DNA of 64,000 nt from Candidatus Terrybacteria bacterium RIFCSPHIGHO2_01_FULL_48_17. Its GTDB lineage: Bacteria > Patescibacteriota > Minisyncoccia > Terrybacterales > 2-01-FULL-58-14. The translations under genes and the position numbers were made by a program. The notes under the pieces are model-generated. The model did no database searches, was not told the DNA's origin, and saw only the letters and a program-made list of their open reading frames with translations. Shown here one piece after another: positions 45,179 through 54,112 of the stretch. Where the stretch lies: assembly GCA_001822835.1 (NCBI GenBank), contig MHSS01000002.1:65060-129059 (forward strand). The letters run 5' to 3'. Position 1 is the first letter of the stretch. Each line of letters opens with the position of its first letter.

Positions 45179-45781
45179 ATGAAATTTCTTTTAGGAACGA
45201 AAATAGGAATGAGCCAAACATGGAAAACGGATGGGGGCGTAGTTCCGCTTACCGTTATTCAGGCGGGGCCCATGGTGGTTACTCAAAAAAAGACATCAGA
45301 AAGGGATGGTTATGAAGCCATACAAGTATCCCTTGGCAAAAGAAAACGGCTTAAGAAGCCGCAACAAGGACATCTGAAGAAGGGCAAAACTGATACCGCA
45401 CGCTGGTTGCGCGAAGCTCGCGGGGCATGGAACGTAGAGTCAGGGGCCGTTATTGATGTATCCGTATTTGTTCCAGGTGATATTGTTAAGGTTTCCGGCA
45501 TTTCCAAAGGGAAGGGTTTTCAGGGAGGTGTAAAGCGACATGGTTTTCATGGGGCTTCGGCAACGCATGGTACCAAACATGCGCATAGACAGCCCGGATC
45601 TATTGGATCTTCTTGGCCCGAGCGAGTGCGAAAGGGAAAGAGAATGGCAGGAAGGATGGGGCATGAGCGGGTTACGGTGAAAAACCTAGAAGTGGTGAGT
45701 GTGGACAAAGAGAAAAATTTGTTGGCGGTGAAAGGAGCGGTGCCTGGTGCACGGGGAACGTTGCTTGAGATACGGGGCTAG
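45179..45781 (+). CDS. rplC: 50S ribosomal protein L3
   Basis: MKFLLGTKIGMSQ... L3 N-terminus; the ORF track's upstream extension from 45116 spans a GC hairpin and is unlikely to be coding. Confidence 0.9.
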   Translation: MKFLLGTKIGMSQTWKTDGGVVPLTVIQAGPMVVTQKKTSERDGYEAIQVSLGKRKRLKKPQQGHLKKGKTDTARWLREARGAWNVESGAVIDVSVFVPGDIVKVSGISKGKGFQGGVKRHGFHGASATHGTKHAHRQPGSIGSSWPERVRKGKRMAGRMGHERVTVKNLEVVSVDKEKNLLAVKGAVPGARGTLLEIRG

Positions 45782-45784
45782 ATC

Positions 45785-45945
45785 GGATGCTTGGGATGCG
45801 TCTCGAAAAGACGTGTCGCGCGCCCAGCGAGGCGCGCGCACTCTCGCTCGGCGTTGTTCTCCCGCCAACGATTAAACTTTTAGGGAAGGCGGGAACCATG
45901 CCCGCAACGCCTCCGCGAAGCTTTTCTCAACACATCCCAAGCATC
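45785..45945. repeat. hairpin-rich intergenic repeat, copy D (arms ggatgcttgggatg / catcccaagcatc)
   Basis: Starts 4 nt after the rplC stop; shares the ggaaccatgcccgc segment with copies E and F. Confidence 0.65.
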
Positions 45946-45985
45946 TGACGAGATTTTCATTTTGTCAAAGTGGCGTGAAAAAAGA

Positions 45986-46020
45986 TTCGTATATTCTTAT
46001 CGATTCGTACTTCGTAGTAT
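45986..46020 (+). repeat. 36-nt TTCGTA-hexamer motif, copy 3, ending 3 nt before the rplD ATG
   Basis: ttcgtatattcttatcgattcgtacttcgtagtat. Confidence 0.7.
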
Positions 46021-46023
46021 TTT

Positions 46024-46677
46024 ATGAAGGTTAAGGTTTATACCAAAGAAGGAAAACAGAACGGCACCGTTGAGCTGCCGGATTCTGTGTTTGGCGTTCC
46101 CATGAACAATGATTTGTTACATCAGGCAATGAGCGTTATGCTTTCGCGAAGGCGTCAGCCGCGTGCGCATACCAAAACCAGAGAAGAGGTGCGGGGCGGT
46201 GGGCGTAAGCCCTGGCGTCAAAAAGGAACTGGGTTTGCGCGGCATGGTTCGCGCCGCTCGCCCATTTGGAAGGGCGGTGGTGTAACGTTTGGCCCACGCA
46301 AAGATAAAAGATTTGCAAAACGAATTCCCGATGCCATGAAGAAAAAAGCATTGGCCGTTGCATTGTCTCAAAAAGCACGAGACGAGGAGCTTGCCGTTAT
46401 TGAAAAGATTTCCGTATCGCAGCCAAAAACAAAAGAAGCGGCATTGCTTCTTACCACGCTTCTCGCGTCAATTTTTAAAGTAGAAAAGAAAGCAAAAAAA
46501 CCATCGGTGCTTATTGCTTTTGCGAAAGAAAATCAGGGGCAGGCATTCCGTGCAGTGCGTAATATACCCTATGCCCAAGCATTCCGTCCGGAAAATCTCA
46601 ATCTTCTTGAGGTGCTGGAATATCGCTATATTTTAATCCCAAAAGAAACAGTGGATGATTTGGTGAAACGTTTTTAA
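46024..46677 (+). CDS. rplD: 50S ribosomal protein L4
   Basis: L4 family pattern (RRQPRAHTKTR...GGGRKPWRQKGTG(F)ARHGS). Confidence 0.92.
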   Translation: MKVKVYTKEGKQNGTVELPDSVFGVPMNNDLLHQAMSVMLSRRRQPRAHTKTREEVRGGGRKPWRQKGTGFARHGSRRSPIWKGGGVTFGPRKDKRFAKRIPDAMKKKALAVALSQKARDEELAVIEKISVSQPKTKEAALLLTTLLASIFKVEKKAKKPSVLIAFAKENQGQAFRAVRNIPYAQAFRPENLNLLEVLEYRYILIPKETVDDLVKRF

Positions 46678-46709
46678 GCTTTTGCCATTTATCATTTATC
46701 TTCCTTGTT

Positions 46710-47099
46710 ATGAGTCCTTTACTGCCTTTTCGTAAGGCAAAAGAGAAAAAGAGGAAACCAAGACAGGTGGAGCAGAGCAAAGAAAAGCAAGAGCCATCAG
46801 AGACAAAGATGGGCGGCACGACAGCCCATGGGATTTTATTGTCTCCGCATGTTACGGAAAAGGCGGGAAGGATAGAAGGGTTGAATCAATATATGTTTCG
46901 CATTGCGCGTGGGGCAAAAAAATCAGAGGTTCTTCAGGCAGTTTCGCAAATATACGGTGTGCGGCCCACCCGGATAAATATTATCAATCTTCCTGGAAAG
47001 TCCCGCAGGCGCGGCTCGTTTATTGGCAAAAAAAGTGGAAAGCGAAAAGCGATTGTTACTTTACCCGAGGGGAAAACCATTGAAGTATTACCGAAATAA
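46710..47099 (+). CDS. rplW: 50S ribosomal protein L23 (with a Lys-rich N-terminal extension; start may be internal)
   Basis: L23 core (ILLSPHVTEKA...YMFRIARGAKKSEV); 129 aa versus about 95 typical. Confidence 0.8.
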   Translation: MSPLLPFRKAKEKKRKPRQVEQSKEKQEPSETKMGGTTAHGILLSPHVTEKAGRIEGLNQYMFRIARGAKKSEVLQAVSQIYGVRPTRINIINLPGKSRRRGSFIGKKSGKRKAIVTLPEGKTIEVLPK

Positions 47100-47121
47100 A
47101 CGACATACATAAGGTAAAGAT

Positions 47122-47952
47122 ATGAAAATCTATAAACCTACCTCACCGGGCCGCAGAGGAATGTCTATAGTTGATTTTTCTCACATTGCCAAAAAAGACC
47201 CAGAAAAACGTTTGTCCTCTGGGAAAAAACGTTCGGGCGGTCGTAATTTTCAAGGGCGTATCACTTCCCGTTTCCGCGGTGGCGGTGCCAGGCGCATTTT
47301 TCGAAAAATCGATTTTGGGCAATCCAAACGCGACGTTCCCGGAACCGTACGTTCGATCGAATACGATCCGAATCGCTCGGCCTTTGTGGCTCTGGTTTCA
47401 TTTCGCGATGGCGATTGGCGTTATATTCTTGCACCACATGGTCTGCGTTCCGGTGACGAAGTATATATTGGGGAGCGCGCGCCCATTCGTGTGGGATCTA
47501 GGATGTTGCTCAAAAACATTCCGCCCGGAACCCAAGTGCATAATATTGCTTTGGTTGTCCAAGGTCCCGGGAAACTTGTTCGTTCAGCGGGTGCCGCCGC
47601 CATTGTGCTATCGCATGAAGGCCGTTATACTCAATGCACGATGCCTTCGCGGGAGATCCGATTGTTTCCGACAGAAGCATTTGCTTCCGTCGGTTCTGTT
47701 TCAAACGCCGAATGGAGTTCGACGACGATCGGAAAAGCAGGACGTTCGCGACTTCGGGGAAGAAGGCCACACGTACGCGGATCTGCTATGAATCCGGTTG
47801 ATCATCCGCATGGAGGTGGCGAGGGACGAGCGCCCATAGGACTCAAGCACCCGAAAACTCCTTGGGGCAAACCGGCATTGGGTGTGAAAACAAGAAAAAG
47901 ATATAAACCCTCCAACGCTTTCATTGTACAGAGGAGAACTAAGAAGAAGTAA
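47122..47952 (+). CDS. rplB: 50S ribosomal protein L2
   Basis: [13 protein letters not shown] start, GGGEGRAP and other L2 motifs. Confidence 0.95.
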   Translation: MKIYKPTSPGRRGMSIVDFSHIAKKDPEKRLSSGKKRSGGRNFQGRITSRFRGGGARRIFRKIDFGQSKRDVPGTVRSIEYDPNRSAFVALVSFRDGDWRYILAPHGLRSGDEVYIGERAPIRVGSRMLLKNIPPGTQVHNIALVVQGPGKLVRSAGAAAIVLSHEGRYTQCTMPSREIRLFPTEAFASVGSVSNAEWSSTTIGKAGRSRLRGRRPHVRGSAMNPVDHPHGGGEGRAPIGLKHPKTPWGKPALGVKTRKRYKPSNAFIVQRRTKKK

Positions 47953-47963
47953 AACATCATAGT

Positions 47964-48266
47964 ATGTCCAGATCACTCAAGAAGGGTCCATACACAGACC
48001 AAAAACTTCTCAAGAAGCTTCAGGCCTTAAAGCCGGGTGCTAAGGCGGTGGTAAAAACATGGTCGCGTGCTTCGGTGATTACGCCAGACATGGTAGGTTT
48101 TACGATAGCGGTTCACAATGGAAAACAACACATTCCCGTTCAAATAGCAGAAGATATGGTGGGTTTTCGATTAGGAGAATTTGCGCCGACCAGAAAATTT
48201 GTAAGGCACGGTGGGAAGCTTCAGCGCGAGGTTGAATCCAAAGGGCAACAACCAGCCCAAAGCTAA
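47964..48266 (+). CDS. rpsS: 30S ribosomal protein S19
   Basis: [12 protein letters not shown]...(A)[10 protein letters not shown]. Confidence 0.93.
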   Translation: MSRSLKKGPYTDQKLLKKLQALKPGAKAVVKTWSRASVITPDMVGFTIAVHNGKQHIPVQIAEDMVGFRLGEFAPTRKFVRHGGKLQREVESKGQQPAQS

Positions 48267-48285
48267 CCGATTTTTTTAAGAACCT

Positions 48286-48777
48286 ATGCAAGCATCAGCC
48301 ACGCTTCGCCATCTGCGCATAAGTCCACGCAAGGTCCGTTTGATCGCGCGGGAGCTTGGGGGAAAGCAGTTTTTCCATGCGGAAGCACTGCTTGAGCTTT
48401 TGCCACACCGGGCAACAAAACCATTGGTAAAGTTACTTCGTTCTGCCGCGGCAAATGCTGAAGCGCAGGGTGTTGGCGAAAAACAAGTATTGCGCGTGAA
48501 GGGCGTTATGGTAAACCAAGGAAGAACGATTCAACGTTTTCGTCCCCGCTCACGCGGCATGGCGCACCCTATCGCCCGTAGGTCCTCTCATATAACCATT
48601 GTGCTTGAAGGCCCGGGTGGCGTTCCCAAACGCAAACGCGCAAAACAAGAAACAACGACGGAAAGCTCCGACACGCGCGATAGGCCACACCCAACGGCGC
48701 GGACGAAACAGGATCTTCCTACACCACGCAAATTAGTTGATGTAGGAAAACGCGTTTTCCGCAGGAAATCCATCTAA
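48286..48777 (+). CDS. rplV: 50S ribosomal protein L22 (with a basic C-terminal extension)
   Basis: L22 core (LRISPRKVRLIAR...); about 50 extra C-terminal residues. Confidence 0.85.
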   Translation: MQASATLRHLRISPRKVRLIARELGGKQFFHAEALLELLPHRATKPLVKLLRSAAANAEAQGVGEKQVLRVKGVMVNQGRTIQRFRPRSRGMAHPIARRSSHITIVLEGPGGVPKRKRAKQETTTESSDTRDRPHPTARTKQDLPTPRKLVDVGKRVFRRKSI

Positions 48778-48887
48778 GGAACGAAATTCGAAATTTGAGA
48801 TATTGAAACACAAAACAATAGCTAATGGTTGCAGTTTAAAATTTTTGAATGTTTAGGATTTAGAGTTTCTTTCGCTAAGTTAAAGGT

Positions 48888-49562
48888 ATGGGACAAAAAA
48901 CACATCCAATGGCGTTGCGCATCGGTATCTTTAGGGGATGGGCCTCAAAGTGGTTCGCTCTTGATTACAAAGAACGGTTACGTGAAGATATTTTACTTCG
49001 CGAGTGGCTTCGTAAGCGACTTCGCCGTTCCTTTGTAAATGAAATCCTCATTGATCGTTCCGGCGCAACCATAAAGGTTCATATTTCCACTTCTCGACCG
49101 GGAATGCTTATTGGGCGCGGGGGAGCTGGAATTGAAGAACTAAAACGAACAGTATTAAAAAAGCTCGAGGAGTTGCGAAAACAAAAAGTAAATCCGGTGG
49201 ATATCCGTATTGAGGTACAAGAAGCTCGAAACGCCGACAGCCAAGCAGCGTTGGTCGCGCAAAGCGTTGCAGAACAGCTTGAGCGACGTTTGCCATTTCG
49301 CCGTGTGTTAAAACGCACTCTTGAACGTACCATGGCTTCTCCTGGAGTCGGTGGTGCACGAATTGCTATTGCGGGGCGTTTAGGAGGATCTGAAATGTCG
49401 CGGCGTGAGTGGATTGCCGATGGTAAAGTTCCACTTCATACTTTTCGGGCAGATGTTGATTTTGCTCAAGAGACGGCGTATACCACGTGGGGAACTATCG
49501 GTGTGAAAGTATGGCTCTATAAAGGAGAAGTGTTTAAAGAGAAAGAAGAAACTACCGATTGA
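48888..49562 (+). CDS. rpsC: 30S ribosomal protein S3
   Basis: MGQKTHPMALRIG, KH domain, GRLGG S3 motifs. Confidence 0.95.
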   Translation: MGQKTHPMALRIGIFRGWASKWFALDYKERLREDILLREWLRKRLRRSFVNEILIDRSGATIKVHISTSRPGMLIGRGGAGIEELKRTVLKKLEELRKQKVNPVDIRIEVQEARNADSQAALVAQSVAEQLERRLPFRRVLKRTLERTMASPGVGGARIAIAGRLGGSEMSRREWIADGKVPLHTFRADVDFAQETAYTTWGTIGVKVWLYKGEVFKEKEETTD

Positions 49563-49665
49563 TTTAATTTCTAATTAACCTAATTGACCTAAGTGTTTAT
49601 GTGGTTTTGAATTAGTCATTCATTAGATCAATTAGAGATTAGAGCAATTAGACATTTTTACGGTT

Positions 49666-49698
49666 ATGCTAATTCCCAAGAAAGTAAAACATCTCAAG
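49666..49698 (+). pseudogene. displaced duplicate of the rplP 5' end (encodes MLIPKKVKHLK, compare real [11 protein letters not shown]), followed by unrelated sequence
   Basis: 33-nt segment 27/33 identical to the real rplP start at 49875; continues into a GC hairpin (gcccgcctcgggcgggc), not into an L16 body. Confidence 0.6.
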
Positions 49699-49874
49699 TC
49701 GCCCGCCTCGGGCGGGCTCTCAAGAAACCCTCGGTTTCTTGCGCTCGCCTTCGGCTCGCTGGTTTCCGATACGGGAAACTTCCGTTTTCCGACCCTTTCC
49801 CGATTTTCAATGTTTTACTTTTTGCCCGGACAACATGTTTGCATGAAAAAATATAAGGTTATGGTTTTTGCGCT

Positions 49875-50285
49875 ATGCTGATGCCTAAAAAGGTAAAACA
49901 TCGAAAGTGGCAGAAGGGTAGATCTCGCGGAATGGCGTCGCGGGGAACCACCCTTGCGTTCGGCGCCTACGGTCTTAAAGCCGAAGGCACGTCTTGGATC
50001 TCATCTCGTCAGATTGAGGCGGCGCGTCGTGCTATTATCAGAACTGCTCGCAAAGGCGGAAAAGTTTGGGTTCGCATTTTTCCGGATAAGCCAGTTACGC
50101 AAAAAGGAACCGAAGTACCCATGGGTGGGGGAAAGGGCGCGCTGGATCACTATGTGTTTCCGGTAACCCCCGGGCGAATTCTCTTTGAGCTTGATGGTGT
50201 TGAGGAGGATATTGCACGCCATGCGCTTCGCCTTGGTGCCCATAAGCTTCCAATAGCGGCGCGCTTTGTACGGCGTGAACACTAA
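49875..50285 (+). CDS. rplP: 50S ribosomal protein L16
   Basis: [15 protein letters not shown]...RIFPDKPVT...GKG L16 motifs. Confidence 0.93.
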   Translation: MLMPKKVKHRKWQKGRSRGMASRGTTLAFGAYGLKAEGTSWISSRQIEAARRAIIRTARKGGKVWVRIFPDKPVTQKGTEVPMGGGKGALDHYVFPVTPGRILFELDGVEEDIARHALRLGAHKLPIAARFVRREH

Positions 50286-50289
50286 TGTC

Positions 50290-50481
50290 ATGGCTAAGGA
50301 ATTGTCACAACTGAAAAATATGAACGCGACTGATTTAAATCATACGCTGCAAGAAACACGAGATAAATTGCGCCAGCTTCGATTTAATCTTGCAGGGGGG
50401 AGAATTCGCAACATCAGAGAAATTCGTGCCATGCGCCGTCGGATAGCGCGCATTTTAACCCTTTTACACTTACATGAATAA
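50290..50481 (+). CDS. rpmC: 50S ribosomal protein L29
   Basis: Short helical protein (LRQLRFNLA...IREIRAMRRRIARI) at the canonical position; start set at MAKEL. Confidence 0.8.
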   Translation: MAKELSQLKNMNATDLNHTLQETRDKLRQLRFNLAGGRIRNIREIRAMRRRIARILTLLHLHE

Positions 50482-50755
50482 CACCACCTTACGCACCAGA
50501 AAACTTACCGGAATAGTAGCGAGTACTAAAATGTCAAAGACCGTTTCTGTGCGCGTTGAGCATATTAAAAAACTTGTAAAGCTCCAGCGTTTTGTGAAAC
50601 GGCATCGAAAATTCTTAGCCCATGATGAGCTTGGCGTACACGAAGGAGATCTGGTGCAGATTCAAGAGACCCGTCCCGTCTCACGGCACAAACGATGGAA
50701 GGTGGTAAAAATTATTTCTTCTATCCACAAAAGCGGAGAAAGCGAGAATGCCTAA
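50474..50755 (+). CDS. rpsQ: 30S ribosomal protein S17
   Basis: G.V.S.KM.KT..V.V OB-fold pattern; 8-nt overlap with rpmC. Confidence 0.88.
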   Translation: MNNTTLRTRKLTGIVASTKMSKTVSVRVEHIKKLVKLQRFVKRHRKFLAHDELGVHEGDLVQIQETRPVSRHKRWKVVKIISSIHKSGESENA

Positions 50756-50784
50756 CTTTTTCATGACGCGATTTAACTAAATAC

Positions 50785-51150
50785 ATGGTTCAACCTCGTT
50801 CAATGCTTCAAGTTGCAGATAACACCGGAGCGAAATTGCTGCAGGTGATTACGGTATTGGGCAGCACACGACGCAGATACGCGCAATTAGGGGATCTTGT
50901 GGTTGCGTCTGTAAAGGTGGCAGAACCTCGTAGGGCGGTAAAGAAAAGCGACGTGGTACGGGCGGTCGTGGTCCGACAAAAAAATGCATTTCGCCGTGCC
51001 GACGGGTCTTTTGTGCGGTTTGATGAGAATGCCGCAGTTCTTGTTGATGGTCTTAATCCGCGGGGCGGAAGAATTTTCGGCCCGATTGCCCGGGAAGTGC
51101 GGGATCGTGGTTTTACTAAAATTGCCTCATTGGCGGCTGAAGTTGTATGA
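50785..51150 (+). CDS. rplN: 50S ribosomal protein L14
   Basis: [11 protein letters not shown]...RRYA.LGD L14 motifs. Confidence 0.93.
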   Translation: MVQPRSMLQVADNTGAKLLQVITVLGSTRRRYAQLGDLVVASVKVAEPRRAVKKSDVVRAVVVRQKNAFRRADGSFVRFDENAAVLVDGLNPRGGRIFGPIAREVRDRGFTKIASLAAEVV

Positions 51151-51452
51151 AAATCAAAACCGGTGACACCGTTACTGTACGCGTGGGGAAAGATCGCGGA
51201 AAATCTGGAAAGATCGTGCGCGCAATACCTTCCTTGGGCAAGGTGCTTGTGGAGAATATTAATCTGGTAAACCGTCATAAAAAACCGCGCAAACAAGGAG
51301 AGAAAGGACAGCGCGTATCGATCCCCGCTTTTATCAATGTTTCGAATGTAAAACTCGTATGCCCTTCATGCAAACAAGCAGTTCGTGTACGGTCTCGACG
51401 GCATGATGGGGGGCGCGAGCGTCAATGCCATAAATGTGGTGCATCGTTATAA
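51147..51452 (+). CDS. rplX: 50S ribosomal protein L24 (with C-terminal CxxC...CxxC zinc-ribbon extension)
   Basis: [11 protein letters not shown]...GKSGK KOW motif; extra C-terminus CPSCKQ...CHKCG. Confidence 0.88.
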   Translation: MKIKTGDTVTVRVGKDRGKSGKIVRAIPSLGKVLVENINLVNRHKKPRKQGEKGQRVSIPAFINVSNVKLVCPSCKQAVRVRSRRHDGGRERQCHKCGASL

Positions 51453-51455
51453 TCT

Positions 51456-52013
51456 ATGACATCCTCTTTTGCAAAAATCCATAAGGAAATTTTGCCGGAG
51501 CTTTTAAAACATGTCGGCTCACAGAATATCCTCGCGGCACCCAAAATCGACAAGGTAATTGTACATGTGTCGGTGGGACGTCTTGTAGTTGGTCAAGGAG
51601 AAAAAACGTTGGAACCATATGAAAAGGATCTTTTACGAATTTGCGGCCAAAAGCCAGCAAGACGTCCTGCTAAAAAATCAATTTCAGCTTTTAAGGTCCG
51701 TCAAGGGATGCCCGTTGGGCTTATGGTAACGCTTCGCGGGAAACGCGCACAAGATTTTTTCTCACGCTTGATTTTAGTCGCGCTTCCTCGTTTACGAGAT
51801 TTCCGTGGAATCGATCAAAAAGCCGTTGATCAAAACGGCAATTTGACCATAGGTATTCGTGAGCAAACTGCATTTCCGGAAGCCGCGAACGAACCAACAG
51901 GAACCGTTTTTGGTTTAGAGGTAACCGTAGTTACAAAAGCAAAAAATCGAGAACATGCGCTTGGATTATTCAAATTGTTGAGAGTTCCCTTTAAAGCCCA
52001 GGACCAGGTATAA
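51456..52013 (+). CDS. rplE: 50S ribosomal protein L5
   Basis: L5 family pattern, position between L24 and S14. Confidence 0.9.
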   Translation: MTSSFAKIHKEILPELLKHVGSQNILAAPKIDKVIVHVSVGRLVVGQGEKTLEPYEKDLLRICGQKPARRPAKKSISAFKVRQGMPVGLMVTLRGKRAQDFFSRLILVALPRLRDFRGIDQKAVDQNGNLTIGIREQTAFPEAANEPTGTVFGLEVTVVTKAKNREHALGLFKLLRVPFKAQDQV

Positions 52014-52018
52014 TCGTT

Positions 52019-52204
52019 ATGGCAAAAAAATCGCAAGTGATACGCGCACAACGCAAGCCAAAATTTTCTACGCGCACAGTACGCCGATGTTTTCGTTGTG
52101 GAAGGCGCCGGGGCTTTATGCGCATGTTTGGAATTTGCCGTATTTGTTTCCGCGAACTTGCAAGAAAAGGCGAAATTCCTGGGGTAAGAAAAGCCTCATG
52201 GTAG
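52019..52204 (+). CDS. rpsZ: 30S ribosomal protein S14 type Z (zinc-binding)
   Basis: 61 aa, CFRCGR...CRICFRE zinc motif. Confidence 0.9.
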   Translation: MAKKSQVIRAQRKPKFSTRTVRRCFRCGRRRGFMRMFGICRICFRELARKGEIPGVRKASW

Positions 52205-52232
52205 GTGCCCGTTACCCCATATTCTATCTTCT

Positions 52233-52622
52233 ATGACCGATCCCATTGCCGACATGTTAACCAGAATTCGCAATGCCTATGCCCAGGGTGCGGCAGAAGC
52301 GCGTATTCCTTTTTCTCGTCTCAAGGCACAAATTGCCGATATTCTTTCACAAGAGGGATATCTTAGCGGCGTGGAAATAAAGGGACGACTTCCGCGGCGT
52401 ACGCTCGTAGTTGCGCTTCGGTATATTAATCAACGGCCGACCATTGAGGGCATAAAACGAATTTCAAGGCCCGGCCAGAGAATTTATAGAAATGCGCGTC
52501 AATTGCGGCCAACACGATATGGCTTTGGAATAACTATTCTTTCAACCGCAAAGGGTCTTATGACGGAAAGAGCGGCAAGGGACGCACGGCTTGGTGGAGA
52601 GGTTTTGTGCGAAGTGTGGTAA
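52233..52622 (+). CDS. rpsH: 30S ribosomal protein S8
   Basis: MTDPIADMLTRIRNA S8 N-terminus. Confidence 0.93.
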   Translation: MTDPIADMLTRIRNAYAQGAAEARIPFSRLKAQIADILSQEGYLSGVEIKGRLPRRTLVVALRYINQRPTIEGIKRISRPGQRIYRNARQLRPTRYGFGITILSTAKGLMTERAARDARLGGEVLCEVW

Positions 52623-52627
52623 TTAGT

Positions 52628-53173
52628 ATGAGCAGAATCGGCAAACAACCAATTTCGGTTCCCTCCGATGTTTCGATTACCATCGAGGGATCTTTGATTC
52701 AGGCGAATGGACCGAAGGGGAAATTGTTCACCCAGCTCCCCCCCGAAATAAAAGCAGACCACAAAGACGGCATGGTGCTTGTTTCCCCTGTCGGGAACGC
52801 AACAAAACGCGTAAAATCTGTATGGGGATTAACCCGCATGCGGATTGCAAATGCGGTGCAAGGCGCGCACCAGGGTTTTTCAAAGAAACTTATACTTGAG
52901 GGAATTGGGATTCGCGCCCAGTTGGAGGGCAAAGCGCTTGTGTTATCATTAGGGTTTTCACATCCTGTACGGGTTGAGCCGCCAGAAGGCATTACATTTC
53001 TTGTTGAGAAAAATGCGGTTACTATTTTAGGGCCGGATAAACACATGGTGGGTCAAGTGGCGGCTTCCATCAGGGGAATGAAAAAACCGGAACCATATAA
53101 GGGAGCGGGAATTCGTTATGAAAATGAGCAGGTTCGCCGGAAGGCCGGGAAGAAAGCCGCTGCCATAAAATAA
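52628..53173 (+). CDS. rplF: 50S ribosomal protein L6
   Basis: MSRIGKQPI(S)VP L6 N-terminus; start set at this Met rather than the track's 52607. Confidence 0.92.
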   Translation: MSRIGKQPISVPSDVSITIEGSLIQANGPKGKLFTQLPPEIKADHKDGMVLVSPVGNATKRVKSVWGLTRMRIANAVQGAHQGFSKKLILEGIGIRAQLEGKALVLSLGFSHPVRVEPPEGITFLVEKNAVTILGPDKHMVGQVAASIRGMKKPEPYKGAGIRYENEQVRRKAGKKAAAIK

Positions 53174-53188
53174 TCTTTATAGCTTTTT

Positions 53189-53566
53189 ATGCCCCGCAAT
53201 GTTTCCAGAACCATCAAACGAATATCACGTCACCGGCGTATACGCGCACGTATTTTGGGTACAAGCGCTGTGCCGCGCCTTGCGGTGTTTCGTTCGAACA
53301 AAACTATTGTTGCGCAGCTTATTGATGATACCAGGGGATTTACATTAGCCGCGGCATCAAGTAAGCAGATAAAGAAAACAAAAGAGATTCCCAAAATAGA
53401 TTTTTCTCCGGGCCTGCTTCGGGCGTATCTGGTTGGTAGGGCAGTTGGGGATACCGCCAAGAAAGCGGGATTTTTGAGAGTTAAATTTGATCGTGGGGGC
53501 TTCGCTTATCATGGGAAGATCAGGGCATTGGCTCAAGGTGCCCGCGATGCAGGCCTTTCGTTTTAA
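53189..53566 (+). CDS. rplR: 50S ribosomal protein L18
   Basis: RLAVFRSNK(T)IVAQLIDD L18 pattern. Confidence 0.9.
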   Translation: MPRNVSRTIKRISRHRRIRARILGTSAVPRLAVFRSNKTIVAQLIDDTRGFTLAAASSKQIKKTKEIPKIDFSPGLLRAYLVGRAVGDTAKKAGFLRVKFDRGGFAYHGKIRALAQGARDAGLSF

Positions 53567-53580
53567 AGAAAGATTTTTAT

Positions 53581-54108
53581 ATGCTTCGACAAAAGCGAGA
53601 TTTCACAAGAGGCGCAAAGAAAGGAAGCGGGAGAGAGCAAGAGCAAGAATTTGAAAGCCGGACACTGGACTTAAGCCGTACTGCGCGCATGGTTGCTGGC
53701 GGGCGCCGCTTTCGTTTTCGTGCCCTGGTTGTGGTGGGTGATAGAGCAGGTAGAGTTGGGTTGGGGATGGCAAAAGCAAAAGATGCCACGCAGGCAGTAG
53801 AAAAAGCCGTAACGCGTGCAAAAAATTCACTGGTACGTGTGCCGAGACGCGGCTCTACCGTGCCAAGCGACGCAATTGCAAAGGTGGGCCCTGCAAGGGT
53901 ACTTTTGCGACCTTCACGTCCGGGACGGGGTATTCGTGCAGGAGGTACGGTACGGCATGTGCTTGAATTGGCAGGCATTGCGGACGTTACTGCAAAAATT
54001 CTTTCTCGTTCAACAAATAGTTTAAATAATGCGCGCGCCACCCTTGCTGCGCTTGAAAAACTTTCTAGGCGCCTTGAGGTTGCAAAGGTGCGAAAACAGA
54101 AATCTTAA
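53581..54108 (+). CDS. rpsE: 30S ribosomal protein S5
   Basis: RV.KGGRRFRF.ALVVVGD..G.VG.G S5 dsRBD motif. Confidence 0.93.
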   Translation: MLRQKRDFTRGAKKGSGREQEQEFESRTLDLSRTARMVAGGRRFRFRALVVVGDRAGRVGLGMAKAKDATQAVEKAVTRAKNSLVRVPRRGSTVPSDAIAKVGPARVLLRPSRPGRGIRAGGTVRHVLELAGIADVTAKILSRSTNSLNNARATLAALEKLSRRLEVAKVRKQKS

Positions 54109-54112
54109 CAGT

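Noticed and set aside
45785-45945. Hammerhead-like fragments (CGAAA near the 5' end, CUGACGAG at the 3' end) in repeat copy D
   Set aside because: Their order and spacing do not fit any hammerhead topology (type I, II or III) in a linear transcript. Treated as coincidence.
49666-49881. 71-aa ORF starting MLIPKKVKHLK
   Set aside because: Only the first 11 codons resemble L16. The remainder runs through a GC hairpin and intergenic sequence. Interpreted as a displaced rplP-start duplicate, not a gene.
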